Below, piece by piece: positions 41,383 through 50,863 of a stretch of 64,000 bases of DNA. Source of the DNA: Deferribacterales bacterium (GTDB lineage Bacteria; Chrysiogenota; Deferribacteres; Deferribacterales; Geovibrionaceae). The notes beneath the pieces are model-generated. The model worked only from the letters and a program-made list of their open reading frames with translations. It was not told the DNA's origin and did no database searches. Each line of letters begins with the position of its first letter. Within the stretch, counting starts at the first letter, position 1. The stretch covers positions 160,001-224,000 of the forward strand of contig JBFWMA010000003.1 of NCBI GenBank assembly GCA_050251875.1, in the 5' to 3' direction. The position numbers and the translations under genes were made by a program.

Positions 41383-42306
41383 GGCTGATGCTATCATTTC
41401 GGGCGTGATGCTTTTCATACAGCGGAAATGTCCCTCAGGACAGGCGTCCAGTCCGTGGACATGGCAGGGACGGCAGGTCAGGTCATTATTTTCCACAACT
41501 TTTACCCCGCTGAATTCAGGATAAAAACCAAAATGTTTCGTGGTGCTGCCGAATATCGCCACCGTGGGTCTGTTCAGCGCCACGGCTATGTGCATGGGTC
41601 CCGAGTCCGTGGTTATCACCGCCTCGCATGACGCTATGGTGTCGAAAAGCTCCCTGATGGATGTCTTGCCCGTCTTGTCTATGGCTCCGGTCACATCAGG
41701 CGCTTTGCCGTCTCCGGCGAAAACGGGAGTATACCCTTTCTGAACCAGAAGCTCCGCCAGTTCCTTTATAAACGGATAGGTCTTTGTGGTTTTGCTGGCG
41801 AAGGGATGTATCAGTATGTGTCTTTTCTCCGGTGCTTTATCGGAGAAGAGCGCGGGACGGAGTTCTTCCACATCGGGCATTTCCAGCCCGAAGGTTTTTG
41901 CGAGAGGCTCGAAATATTTCAGAGTGACGTGCATGCCCAGTCTGGGTGTATCTTTTCTGCTTTTCACATATTTTCGTCTGGCGGATGAATCCTTGACGTA
42001 TCTGTGATATTGGGCGGGAGAGGTGAACCTCAGCAGCATGGAGAGGGGCTTTGAGTGCAGGTCGATTATGTGGTCGTATTCGTCCAGCTCGTTCTGTATC
42101 AGCCCGAAATATGATTTCAGTCCAGATGACTTGTCATAGCAGTAGACTTTGTTTACAAAATCCAGCCCATCGAAAACATCACGGAAACGGCAGTATGTAA
42201 GAACATCCGCCTGGGCTTGCGGAAAAATCTCTTTGAATTTTTTTATAACGCCTGTCGTCAGGATGATATCGCCCAGCGCGCTGAAGCGCACGAAGAGTAA
42301 TTTCAT
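41356..42306 (-). CDS. Glycosyltransferase family 9 (LPS heptosyltransferase-like)
   Basis: RFSALGDI, DSGPMHIA, AIFGST, CRPC. Confidence 0.9.
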   Translation of the reverse strand: MKLLFVRFSALGDIILTTGVIKKFKEIFPQAQADVLTYCRFRDVFDGLDFVNKVYCYDKSSGLKSYFGLIQNELDEYDHIIDLHSKPLSMLLRFTSPAQYHRYVKDSSARRKYVKSRKDTPRLGMHVTLKYFEPLAKTFGLEMPDVEELRPALFSDKAPEKRHILIHPFASKTTKTYPFIKELAELLVQKGYTPVFAGDGKAPDVTGAIDKTGKTSIRELFDTIASCEAVITTDSGPMHIAVALNRPTVAIFGSTTKHFGFYPEFSGVKVVENNDLTCRPCHVHGLDACPEGHFRCMKSITPEMIASALGGISTSD

Positions 42307-43341
42307 CTAATCAGCCTTAACGGTTTCATATCTGCCGGGCGCCACACGTTTTTCTTCTCTGTCCAGCAGCTTGATAACATCTTCGGAGGATATTTCCAGC
42401 ATACATTTGAAGTGTTTTTTCGGGCATTTTTTATGACCGTGCAGTCCGCAGGGACGGCAGGAGAGTCCTTCCACCTCTGCCACACGACTCTCTTCGTCAT
42501 AGGGGGTGAAGCCAAGATTTTTCACCGTGGGACCGAATATTGCAACGCATCTCACTCCGGCGGCAACGGCTATGTGCATGGGTCCGGAGTCGTTTGTCAC
42601 CAGCAGGCTGAAGCAGGATATCAGAGCGGGGAGCTCCTTCAGCGATGTCTTGCCGCAGAGATTGATGTGCTGGTGTTTAGCCGATTGAATAAGTCTTTCG
42701 GCGGCGGGTACGTCATCCGGCGATCCTATTATCACGGGGGTGTACCCCTTCTCTTTCAGGTGGTCTGCCACCTCGGCAAACCTTTCAGCGGGCCACATCT
42801 TGGTCGCCCAGACGCTTCCGGGGGCTATGCCCACCAGCTTTTCGCCCAGAGAGGCGAAACGTTCTTTTGCCTGCTGATCTATATATACCGCCAGAGGAAA
42901 TTTTTCGGGAAGCTCCTGAAACGCCGCCTCGTAAAGAAGCATGTTTCTCTGAACCTCGTGCAGATCCATGTCACGGGCACGGGTGGCGGTGAGCAGTGTG
43001 GACATCGCCCCCTCCACGAAACCAATGCGGACAGGGATTTTTGCCAGAAAGATAGTGAGATTTGTGCGGATGGATTTATGAGGCGCTATAACCATATCGA
43101 AGTTTTTTTCTTTCAGAGTATCGGCGAAGCGGAACATACCGCCTATGCCGGCGTCTTTACCCCTTTTGTCGAAGGCGATCACTTCGTCTAAAAACGACAG
43201 CCCCTGAAAGAGAGGCACATATTCCGGGCGCACGCAGAATGCGATGTAAGCATCCGGATGTTTTTTTCTCACTGCCTGAATCAGAGGAGTGGTAAGCACG
43301 CTGTCGCCGAGAAAAGAGGGGTTAAATATCAGTATTCTCAT
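42307..43341 (-). CDS. waaF: LPS heptosyltransferase II-like (GT9)
   Basis: PSFLGD, APGS.W.TK.WP, TNDSGPMHIA, FGPT; symbol assigned by family resemblance only. Confidence 0.75.
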   Translation of the reverse strand: MRILIFNPSFLGDSVLTTPLIQAVRKKHPDAYIAFCVRPEYVPLFQGLSFLDEVIAFDKRGKDAGIGGMFRFADTLKEKNFDMVIAPHKSIRTNLTIFLAKIPVRIGFVEGAMSTLLTATRARDMDLHEVQRNMLLYEAAFQELPEKFPLAVYIDQQAKERFASLGEKLVGIAPGSVWATKMWPAERFAEVADHLKEKGYTPVIIGSPDDVPAAERLIQSAKHQHINLCGKTSLKELPALISCFSLLVTNDSGPMHIAVAAGVRCVAIFGPTVKNLGFTPYDEESRVAEVEGLSCRPCGLHGHKKCPKKHFKCMLEISSEDVIKLLDREEKRVAPGRYETVKAD

Positions 43342-43413
43342 GTTCTTCCTGTCTGTGGTTTTTTATGAAATATACAGGCGGAGTGGTTTTTTATCAATAG
43401 GTACATGGAGGCG

Positions 43414-43445
43414 AAAAAAAAGCCCCGCCTTTTGACAGACGGGGC
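43414..43445 (-). terminator. Terminator of the large surface-protein gene
   Basis: gccccg...cggggc stem with A8 on + (U8 on -), 26 nt after the stop. Confidence 0.85.
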
Positions 43446-43471
43446 CATGGGGACTTATGTTGCTAACAGGA

Positions 43472-46400
43472 TCAGAATCTGTAAACAGCGGAGAGTGAAA
43501 TCACTTTACCGCCCAGATCAACCCTGTCATCAGAACCGTCTATGTGTGTTACGTCCTGTTTGTTGTAAAGATATCTGGCTGAAGCAGTCATAGCGCATAC
43601 TGCGGAGAAGGGTACTGTGTAGCCTATCTCTGCGAAGTATCCCAGTGTGGAGGCGCTGTCTGAGCCGTCTTCCAGATCAACATAGTTATAGTACATTCCG
43701 CCGCCGGCTGAAACTGACAGGTTTTTGAATATTTCATATTCAAGCCCCAGTTCAGCGCCTTTTGTGTCGGCGGTTATTTCGTTTTCGCCTTCCAGAGCGT
43801 TGTATTGCAGAGCTCCGACAGCGGAGAGTCCGCCGACTATTGATTTGGAGGCTTTAACGAAAACGTTGTATCCGCCGTCCATGTCTTTAGCGTTGGGGAT
43901 AAAATATCCTGCTCCGGCAGAAACGGAAATTCCGTCCTGTGCGCTGGCTGTTGCCGCTGTGAGTGTTATCAGGGCAGCTACTGCCATTTTTTTAGCGGAG
44001 AACTTCTTTCTGAAGAGCGCAGCGAACATTCCTGCCAGTACGAGGATCAGGAGCGCGTCTGTGCTGTTTCCGGCCGCTGAACATCCGCCGCCGCCGTGAG
44101 CGCCGAAGATGCCTGTGTCGGTTGATCCGCCGCCTGAGTCGCCGGAACCGCCGTCTTTAGAAAGAGTCAGCTCGGAGAAGTGGTTGATTGTTACCACATA
44201 CACGTTCTCTGTCGAGTCATAGTACCAGTAGCCGTCAGCGTTTGTGCTTGTGCCGCCGTATGCTACCTCGTCCAGCCTGTTTCCGCTGAGGAATATGCTC
44301 ACTTCGCCGTTTTCGTATGTCAGCTCGTTGGCGCTGAGCCATACTGTCAGGGGAGAAGAGAGAGTGTGTATAACGTTGCCTACGCCGGCTCCGTTGGAGA
44401 TGAACATGGTAACGTCAAAGTTGGCTGTGTTGTTTGTAATCTCCTGAGCCTGAACAAGCAGACCTATGTCTGATGAGTCAACGGGGTTTCCGTTTTCGTC
44501 CTCGGCATCGGGGAAGTTGTCCATGTCTTTAAATATAAGGTAAGAGTCGCCGTTATCAATTTTTACCTCAGATACTGTGGTGTTGTTGATAACATTGCCC
44601 ACGTTAACCTGAGCCACTGTGTTGACTGTGACGGTTTCACCTGAGCCGTTTGTTTTCTGAATGTTCAGCCCTGTCTGAACGTGCGCGGGATAGTTGTCTG
44701 TCAGAGCGTTCACAGAGTTGAGTATCTGTGTGGATACCGCTGTGGCGTTTTCTGTATCCAGATCGTCAGAGGGAATGTCTGTGCCTGTGGTTCCGTTGAT
44801 TACGTCCAGAACGGATGCGGGGCTGGCAACTGAGAAGCTGTATTCATCGGACGGTGTACCTATTCCTGTGGATGACAGGGGTGTCACTGTCCATGTGTAT
44901 GTTCCCTGAGGGAAAGCGATGGGGCATACCCACTCATAGTTCGCTCCGGCATCTGTGGATGTCAGCGCAGTGAGCTCAAGCTCCCAGTTGGGGATGTCCA
45001 CGTTTCCTGTTACGTTGATTCTGTATTTTGTCGCTCCGGTAACCACGCTCCACTTGAATGTGACATTCGATGTGGCGAGTGATGCTGACTCAGCGGGCAG
45101 AAGAGGTGTGGACTGTCCGAGAGTCACGTTTACGGAGGAGTTTTCTACTTTTGTTGTGACAGTGTAGTTCAGCGCTGTGGGTGAAACCACAGGCACGTTA
45201 AAGGAGTCGGAGTAGATTGAGGCATGCTGGGGAGCAGCCTTAACCTGAATCTGACATGTGCCGGCGGCAGCTATTGTGCGCTCTGAACATGTGTCTGAAA
45301 CAATGACAAAGGGGTTGGCGAGAATGTTGTTCTCTGCCGTTGTGCCGAAAGTGACGCTTGATCCGCTGACGTTTGTCAGGGTGACGGTTTTTGTTTCTGT
45401 CTGTCCGGCTGTCAGGTTATATGTCAGCGTCTGTGATGAGAATGTCACAGGGTTGCTCACCGCTGTCACTGTGAAAGTGGCATTGTTTGTGGCGCTGGGG
45501 TTGCCTGCGTCTGTCACTGTCAGCGTGATGGTGTCTTCAGTGCCGTTGGGAGCTGAAGCGGGTATTGTCACAGACACGGGAACGTCTGCGTATTCCATAG
45601 CGTTCAGCGTGACACTGGATGATCCGAGAGAATTGGTCCATGTGTTTGCGCTGGATGCTGTTATGTTGAATGTAGCGGAGGAAGAACCGAGGTTCTGCAC
45701 TCTGGCTGTGGTGTTGATAATCTGTCCGGGGACACCTGATTCGCTGGCGGGTGCGAAGATCTGGGCGATACCGCCGGGGCTGAATGTTTCATAGGCTATG
45801 ATGGTCCATGTGGCGCCTGCCGCCAGAGAGGCTTTGTTCCACTGGAGTGAGTAACCGGCGTCCACATATGTGGGGTCTGTGGAGTCTTCAAGCAGACCGT
45901 TCACCATCTGGTCGTTGTTATCGTCAAAGTTTCCGCCGAAATAATGAGATGCTGGAGTTGCGGGGTGCGCCATGAAGCTCATGTATGCTGTATCTGTCAC
46001 GTTTGAGTTTGTCAGATATACCATTTTCGCGCTGTTGCTGTAAAACGAGTTGGATGAGTCATCGTACCCGTAGTATGTATCGCCGCCATGAAAGAATTTA
46101 AGCGATGACTTAGCGGATGAAGAGAGGTTTTTTATCTCCCATTTCTTTTCATAGTATCTGTTGCCGTCCACATATGTGATGTAGGAGGTAATCTGAATAT
46201 CGCCGCCGAAAGCGGTGGCGACAGATTTAAGAGTTGTGTTGTTGACTATCTCTACTGATACGGGGGTGATGTCGCCGTCGCAGCTTCCTGTGAGGTAGCT
46301 TGAGCATTAAGATGTTCCGCCGATGTGGAGTACGTTGAGGAAGCTGGCTTCATCATAATACTGATAGTAGTATCCGGGTCCGCCGCCCAGAGATGTCATG

Positions 46401-46627
46401 TAGAGCGACACGGAAGGTGTGCCGTCATCGGCCAGAGCTACTATCAGCGGGCTGCCTTTCAGTGCCACCCAGTTGAGAGAGCTGTCAAGTTCAGCGCCAA
46501 CGCTATTGGCTATGCCGGCGCCTGTCAGCGCGCCGAGCGAGCTGTAGGTTGTGTTCGCAGCGTTTGCCGGGAAGGATCCGATAAGGATCATCATCAGCAA
46601 AGCTAATGTCCTGATAAATCTGAACAT
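43472..46627 (-). pseudogene. Large secreted Ig-like surface protein + Cys-CTERM-like segment + internal signal peptide + OM beta-barrel; single frame with one in-frame TAA (nonsense allele or sequence error)
   Basis: ORFs 46307..46627 and 43472..46171 are in the same frame, and the intervening 45 codons are open (GTS*CSSYLTGSCDGDITPVSVEIVNNTTLKSVATAFGGDIQITSYITYVDG). SD ggagg and a signal peptide occur only at 46627; the frame ends in YRF. Confidence 0.8.
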
Positions 46628-46691
46628 AATATCCTCCGAATAGAATTAAATATAGGTTCCCGCATAATGATAATATATTTCTATGTCTATT

Positions 46692-46716
46692 AAAATACCC
46701 ACACTATGGGTATTTT
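46692..46716. promoter_or_regulatory. Inverted repeat upstream of the surface-protein gene (candidate operator)
   Basis: AAAATACCCA-cacta-TGGGTATTTT. Confidence 0.5.
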
Positions 46717-46858
46717 TTCCGAACTGAGAGTGGTTTTTCCTATCGAAAATAGTTTTGATAAAAACTAATATGTTCTGTAACAGCCATTTAATATAGTATT
46801 TAAATTTTTTTTCTTGAAACGCTTGCTATAAGCAAGGTTGTCTGCTATTTTTCTACCT

Positions 46859-47929
46859 ATGGAAGAATTAGACAAACACAGACATAACATTGACGATATC
46901 GACCAGAAAATACTGGAGCTGCTGAACAAAAGGGCGAAAGAGGCCATGTCCATAGGCGAGATAAAGAAAGCCGCCGGAGAGCCTCTGTATGTTCCCTCCC
47001 GTGAGAAGAAGATTTTTGAGAGACTCACCGGGATGAACTCGGGTCCTTTTCCCAATGACGCTCTGCGCTCGGTCTACCGTGAGATAATCTCCGCCTCTCT
47101 GTCTCTGGAGGAAGTACAGAAGGTAGGATACTTCGGTCCTGAGGGCACATTTACAAACATGGCGGCTATAAAACAGTTCGGGCTTTCTGCCACACTTGTC
47201 CCCGTGAGAAATATCCCCGAGGTATTCGACAGCGTGGAGAGAGGCAGGCTGGCTTTCGGCGTGGTTCCTGTGGAGAACTCGCTGGAAGGCGTGGTTAACC
47301 ACACTCTGGACACGTTCACCACCAGCAATCTTAAGATATGCGGTGAGATTTATCTGGAGATCAGCCACAACCTGATGAGTAAGACAGGAAAGATGGACGG
47401 TATCAAAGAGATATACAGCCACTATCAGGCGCTGGGTCAGTGCCGTAAATGGCTGGCGCAGAACTGTCCCGATATCCCTGTTCACGAGATAGACTCCACA
47501 GCCAAGGCGGCGGAGCTGGCGGCAAAGGACGAAACCATCGCCGCTATATCCGGCGAGGCGGCACAGCTGAAATACGGTCTGCGTGTGGTGGAAAAGAGCA
47601 TCGAGGACAACCCCAATAACTTCACCCGTTTCCTGCTGATAGGCAGTTACGAACCGCTGCCCACAGGCAACGACAAGACATCCATAGTATTCTCTGTGGC
47701 GCACAGGGCGGGGTCTCTGTATGAGGCGCTCTCTGTCCTTGCCAAAGAGAACATAAATATGACAAAAATAGAATCCAGACCTTCGAGACAAAAGGCGTGG
47801 GAATACGTCTTTTTTGTTGACGTGGAAGGCCACATAGCGGATAACAAAATAAAAACCGCAATAGATGGTCTGAGCGAACATACGGCATTTTTAAAAGTGC
47901 TCGGCTCATACCCCAAGGGGGAAAAATGA
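46859..47929 (+). CDS. pheA: Chorismate mutase/prephenate dehydratase
   Basis: CM domain (IDDIDQKILELLNKRA), GPEGTF, PVENSLEG, NFTRF, TKIESRP; ATG 46859. Confidence 0.96.
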   Translation: MEELDKHRHNIDDIDQKILELLNKRAKEAMSIGEIKKAAGEPLYVPSREKKIFERLTGMNSGPFPNDALRSVYREIISASLSLEEVQKVGYFGPEGTFTNMAAIKQFGLSATLVPVRNIPEVFDSVERGRLAFGVVPVENSLEGVVNHTLDTFTTSNLKICGEIYLEISHNLMSKTGKMDGIKEIYSHYQALGQCRKWLAQNCPDIPVHEIDSTAKAAELAAKDETIAAISGEAAQLKYGLRVVEKSIEDNPNNFTRFLLIGSYEPLPTGNDKTSIVFSVAHRAGSLYEALSVLAKENINMTKIESRPSRQKAWEYVFFVDVEGHIADNKIKTAIDGLSEHTAFLKVLGSYPKGEK

Positions 47930-49023
47930 CAGATTACAAAAAACTTGCGGGGCAGGCAATTTGTGACATCGTGCCCTACAAACCCGGCAAGCCGGTAAAA
48001 GAGCTCGAAAGAGAGCTCGGAATCAAAGAGGCTGTTAAACTCGCCTCAAACGAAAACCCTTTCGGTCCTTCGCCTAAGGTGAAGACCGCCATCAAAGATT
48101 TCTTTCCCGAGATATCACGCTATCCCTTCGGAGACGCTCACTATCTCCGCACAAAACTGGCTGCAAAGCTGGAAGTTCCCGCTGACATGCTGCTTTTCGG
48201 AACAGGATCAAACGAGATAATCGAGCTCGCCATCCGTACATTTCTGAAAGACGGCGAACATGTAATCAGCCCCGCTCCTTCATTCTCCGTTTATTCTTCC
48301 ATAGCTCAGGCGGCGGGCAAAACATGCAAATGGATTCCGTGCAATGAGGATTTCTCATTCAATTTCAAGGCTCTGCTGGACGCGGTGGACGAGAAGACCA
48401 GAATGATCTTCATCGCCAACCCGAACAACCCCACCGGCGCCTATACAAAAGATAAAGACCTGAAAGCGTTCATGGAAAAAGTTCCTTCAGATGTTATCGT
48501 GGTTATGGACGAGGCTTATGTTGAGTTCGCTGACGCCAAGGATTTTCCCGATACCATGACATATCTGGACAAGTTCAAGAACATTTTCATCATGAGAACC
48601 TTCTCCAAAGCATACGGACTCGCCGCTCTGCGTGTGGGCTACTGTGTGGCGGACGCAATGGCTATCGACATGATGAACCGTGTGCGCCAGCCCTTCAACA
48701 CCAACATGGCGGGACAGGTCGCCGCTGAAGCCGCTCTGGAAGATCAGGCATATCTTCAGAAGGTTGTCAGAAAGAACAAGAAAGGCAGAAACTACATCCA
48801 GAAAGAATTCAAGAAAATGGGACTTAAATATATTCCCTCACAGTCCAACTTCGTATTGGTAGAAGTGGGCGACGGCGAGAAAGTATTTAACGAACTGCTG
48901 AAAAAAGGCGTTATCGTGCGTTACCTCGGACCGGGACTGAAACCCTATGTCAGAGTGTCCGTGGGAACAATGAGCGAAAACGAGTTTTTCATCGAACAGC
49001 TTAAAAAAGTTCTGGGAAAATAA
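47926..49023 (+). CDS. hisC: Histidinol-phosphate/aromatic aminotransferase
   Basis: KLASNENP, NPNNPTG, DEAY, RTFSKAYGLAALRVGY. Confidence 0.95.
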   Translation: MTDYKKLAGQAICDIVPYKPGKPVKELERELGIKEAVKLASNENPFGPSPKVKTAIKDFFPEISRYPFGDAHYLRTKLAAKLEVPADMLLFGTGSNEIIELAIRTFLKDGEHVISPAPSFSVYSSIAQAAGKTCKWIPCNEDFSFNFKALLDAVDEKTRMIFIANPNNPTGAYTKDKDLKAFMEKVPSDVIVVMDEAYVEFADAKDFPDTMTYLDKFKNIFIMRTFSKAYGLAALRVGYCVADAMAIDMMNRVRQPFNTNMAGQVAAEAALEDQAYLQKVVRKNKKGRNYIQKEFKKMGLKYIPSQSNFVLVEVGDGEKVFNELLKKGVIVRYLGPGLKPYVRVSVGTMSENEFFIEQLKKVLGK

Positions 49024-50042
49024 TGATAATCGTATTTAAACCGGGCGCAGCCCAGACCGACATAGAATACGTTCAGAAGAAGCTGACGGAGTTCGGCTTC
49101 AAAACAAACGTGTCCGACAACAACGGTCGGGTTATCATGGGCGCCATCGGCGATGACAGGGCTCTGAGAGAAAAACCTCTGTTCACCATGCCGGGTGTGG
49201 AAAAGGTAGTGCCTATTTCCAAGCCTTATAAGCTGGTGAGCAAGGATTTCAAACGAACAGAAACAGTTCTGGACATCAAAGGAATAAAGATCGGCGGCGG
49301 AAACGTTGTCGTGATGGCGGGTCCCTGTTCCGTGGAGAACAGAGACATGCTCTTCTATCTGGCGGAGCGCACAAGCAAAGCCGGAGCAAAAATTCTCCGT
49401 GGAGGCGCTTTCAAGCCGAGAACATCTCCCTATGCCTTTCAGGGGCTGGGAGAAGAAGGGCTGAAATATCTGCGTGAGGCGGCGGACGCCCACGGCATGC
49501 TCGTCATAACCGAGCTGATGGATGTCAGGGATATGGATCTGATCTGTAAATACACCGACATCATCCAGATAGGCGCCAGAAACATGCAGAATTTTCGTCT
49601 GCTGAAAGATCTGGGAACGGTCAGAATCCCCGTGATGCTGAAAAGGGGGCTGTCTGCCACCATGAAGGAACTCCTCATGGCGGCTGAGTATGTCGCCGCC
49701 GGAGGCAATAACGAGATTATCCTCTGCGAGAGGGGCATCAGAACCTTCGAAACCGAAACCAGAAACACGCTTGATCTGTCGGCTATTCCCGTGCTGAAAA
49801 GCATGAGCCATCTGCCCGTAGTGGCTGACCCCAGCCACGGCACAGGACGCAGGGACTGTATCCTGCCCATGTCTCAGGCGGCTGTGGCGGCGGGGGCGGA
49901 CGGGATCATGGTAGAGGTGCATAACTGTCCCGAAGAGGCGCTGAGCGACGGCGACCAATCGATACTTCCGGATGATTTTGACGTTCTGATGAAACGTCTG
50001 GACATAATAGCAAATACCATAGGAAGAACACTTAATATCTGA
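49023..50042 (+). CDS. aroF: DAHP synthase (class I-beta, N-terminal ACT-like domain)
   Basis: AGPCSVE, KPRTSPY, QIGARNMQN, DPSHGTG. Confidence 0.93.
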   Translation: MIIVFKPGAAQTDIEYVQKKLTEFGFKTNVSDNNGRVIMGAIGDDRALREKPLFTMPGVEKVVPISKPYKLVSKDFKRTETVLDIKGIKIGGGNVVVMAGPCSVENRDMLFYLAERTSKAGAKILRGGAFKPRTSPYAFQGLGEEGLKYLREAADAHGMLVITELMDVRDMDLICKYTDIIQIGARNMQNFRLLKDLGTVRIPVMLKRGLSATMKELLMAAEYVAAGGNNEIILCERGIRTFETETRNTLDLSAIPVLKSMSHLPVVADPSHGTGRRDCILPMSQAAVAAGADGIMVEVHNCPEEALSDGDQSILPDDFDVLMKRLDIIANTIGRTLNI

Positions 50043-50863
50043 TGAAGATAACAAAAATAGCATTTGCGGGGCTGGGGCTCATCGGCGGGTCCCTCGCCCT
50101 GTCTTTTGCGGAAAAGAACATCAAACTAATTGCCTATGACAAGAACCCCGAATCTCTTGCGAAGGCCGCTGAAACGGGGCTTTTTGAATATCTGACCGAT
50201 GACGCTGAAACACTCCTGACCCTGGATTTCGACCTTTTGTATATCTGCCTGCCCGTGGCTTATGCCGTGGAGTTTATAGATATGCTGAAGGAGAAGGGAT
50301 ACAAAGGAGCCGTGACGGACGGCGGCAGTACCAAGACGGGCATAGTGAAAGCCGCTCAGGGGCTGAACTTTTGCGGCGGACACCCCATAGCGGGGAAAGA
50401 GGTATCCGGGTTTACCCACGCTCAGGCGGGGCTTTTCTCCGGAGCGTACCATATCCTGACTCCTGTTGAGGGAGGATTCGACCCGGCGCCTTTAAAAGAA
50501 CTGCACGAGATGATCGGCATGCGTGTGTGTGTTATGGACGCTGAGAGCCACGACAGGATTTTCGGGCTGATAAGCCACCTGCCCCATATCACTGCGTTTG
50601 CTCTGGTGCAGACTGTCTTTCACATAGACAGCGCCGCTCTGGAATACACAGGAGGCGGATTCAGGGATTTCACCCGTATAGCCGCCAGCGATAGTGTCAT
50701 GTGGGCGGATATATTTACCGGAAACAGCGAAAACATGCTGAAAATGATAGACGAATACATTCTTTCGCTCAATGAGTGGAAGTCAGCCATAAATAATAAA
50801 GATACCGATGCTTTACGCAGTATGATCGACAAGGCCGCAGGCATCAGGAGAGCTCTGAAATGA
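50042..50863 (+). CDS. tyrA: Prephenate/arogenate dehydrogenase
   Basis: GLGLIGGS, DGGSTK, GGHPIAG, SHLPH, DFTRIA. Confidence 0.93.
   Translation: MKITKIAFAGLGLIGGSLALSFAEKNIKLIAYDKNPESLAKAAETGLFEYLTDDAETLLTLDFDLLYICLPVAYAVEFIDMLKEKGYKGAVTDGGSTKTGIVKAAQGLNFCGGHPIAGKEVSGFTHAQAGLFSGAYHILTPVEGGFDPAPLKELHEMIGMRVCVMDAESHDRIFGLISHLPHITAFALVQTVFHIDSAALEYTGGGFRDFTRIAASDSVMWADIFTGNSENMLKMIDEYILSLNEWKSAINNKDTDALRSMIDKAAGIRRALK

Noticed and set aside
43985..43987. Independent start (MAVAAL) for the beta-barrel as a separate gene
   Set aside because: No stop upstream and no well-spaced SD, and the basic n-region (KKFSAKK) lies before this Met. It cannot be fully excluded.
46307..46309. Selenocysteine/pyrrolysine recoding of the internal stop
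   Set aside because: The codon is TAA, not TGA or TAG.
46868..50063. Long antisense ORFs (337 aa and 372 aa) and similar shadows elsewhere (2662..3342, 33409..34353, 35976..36809)
   Set aside because: They lie opposite well-conserved genes, have no motifs and show an atypical composition; codon-bias shadows.
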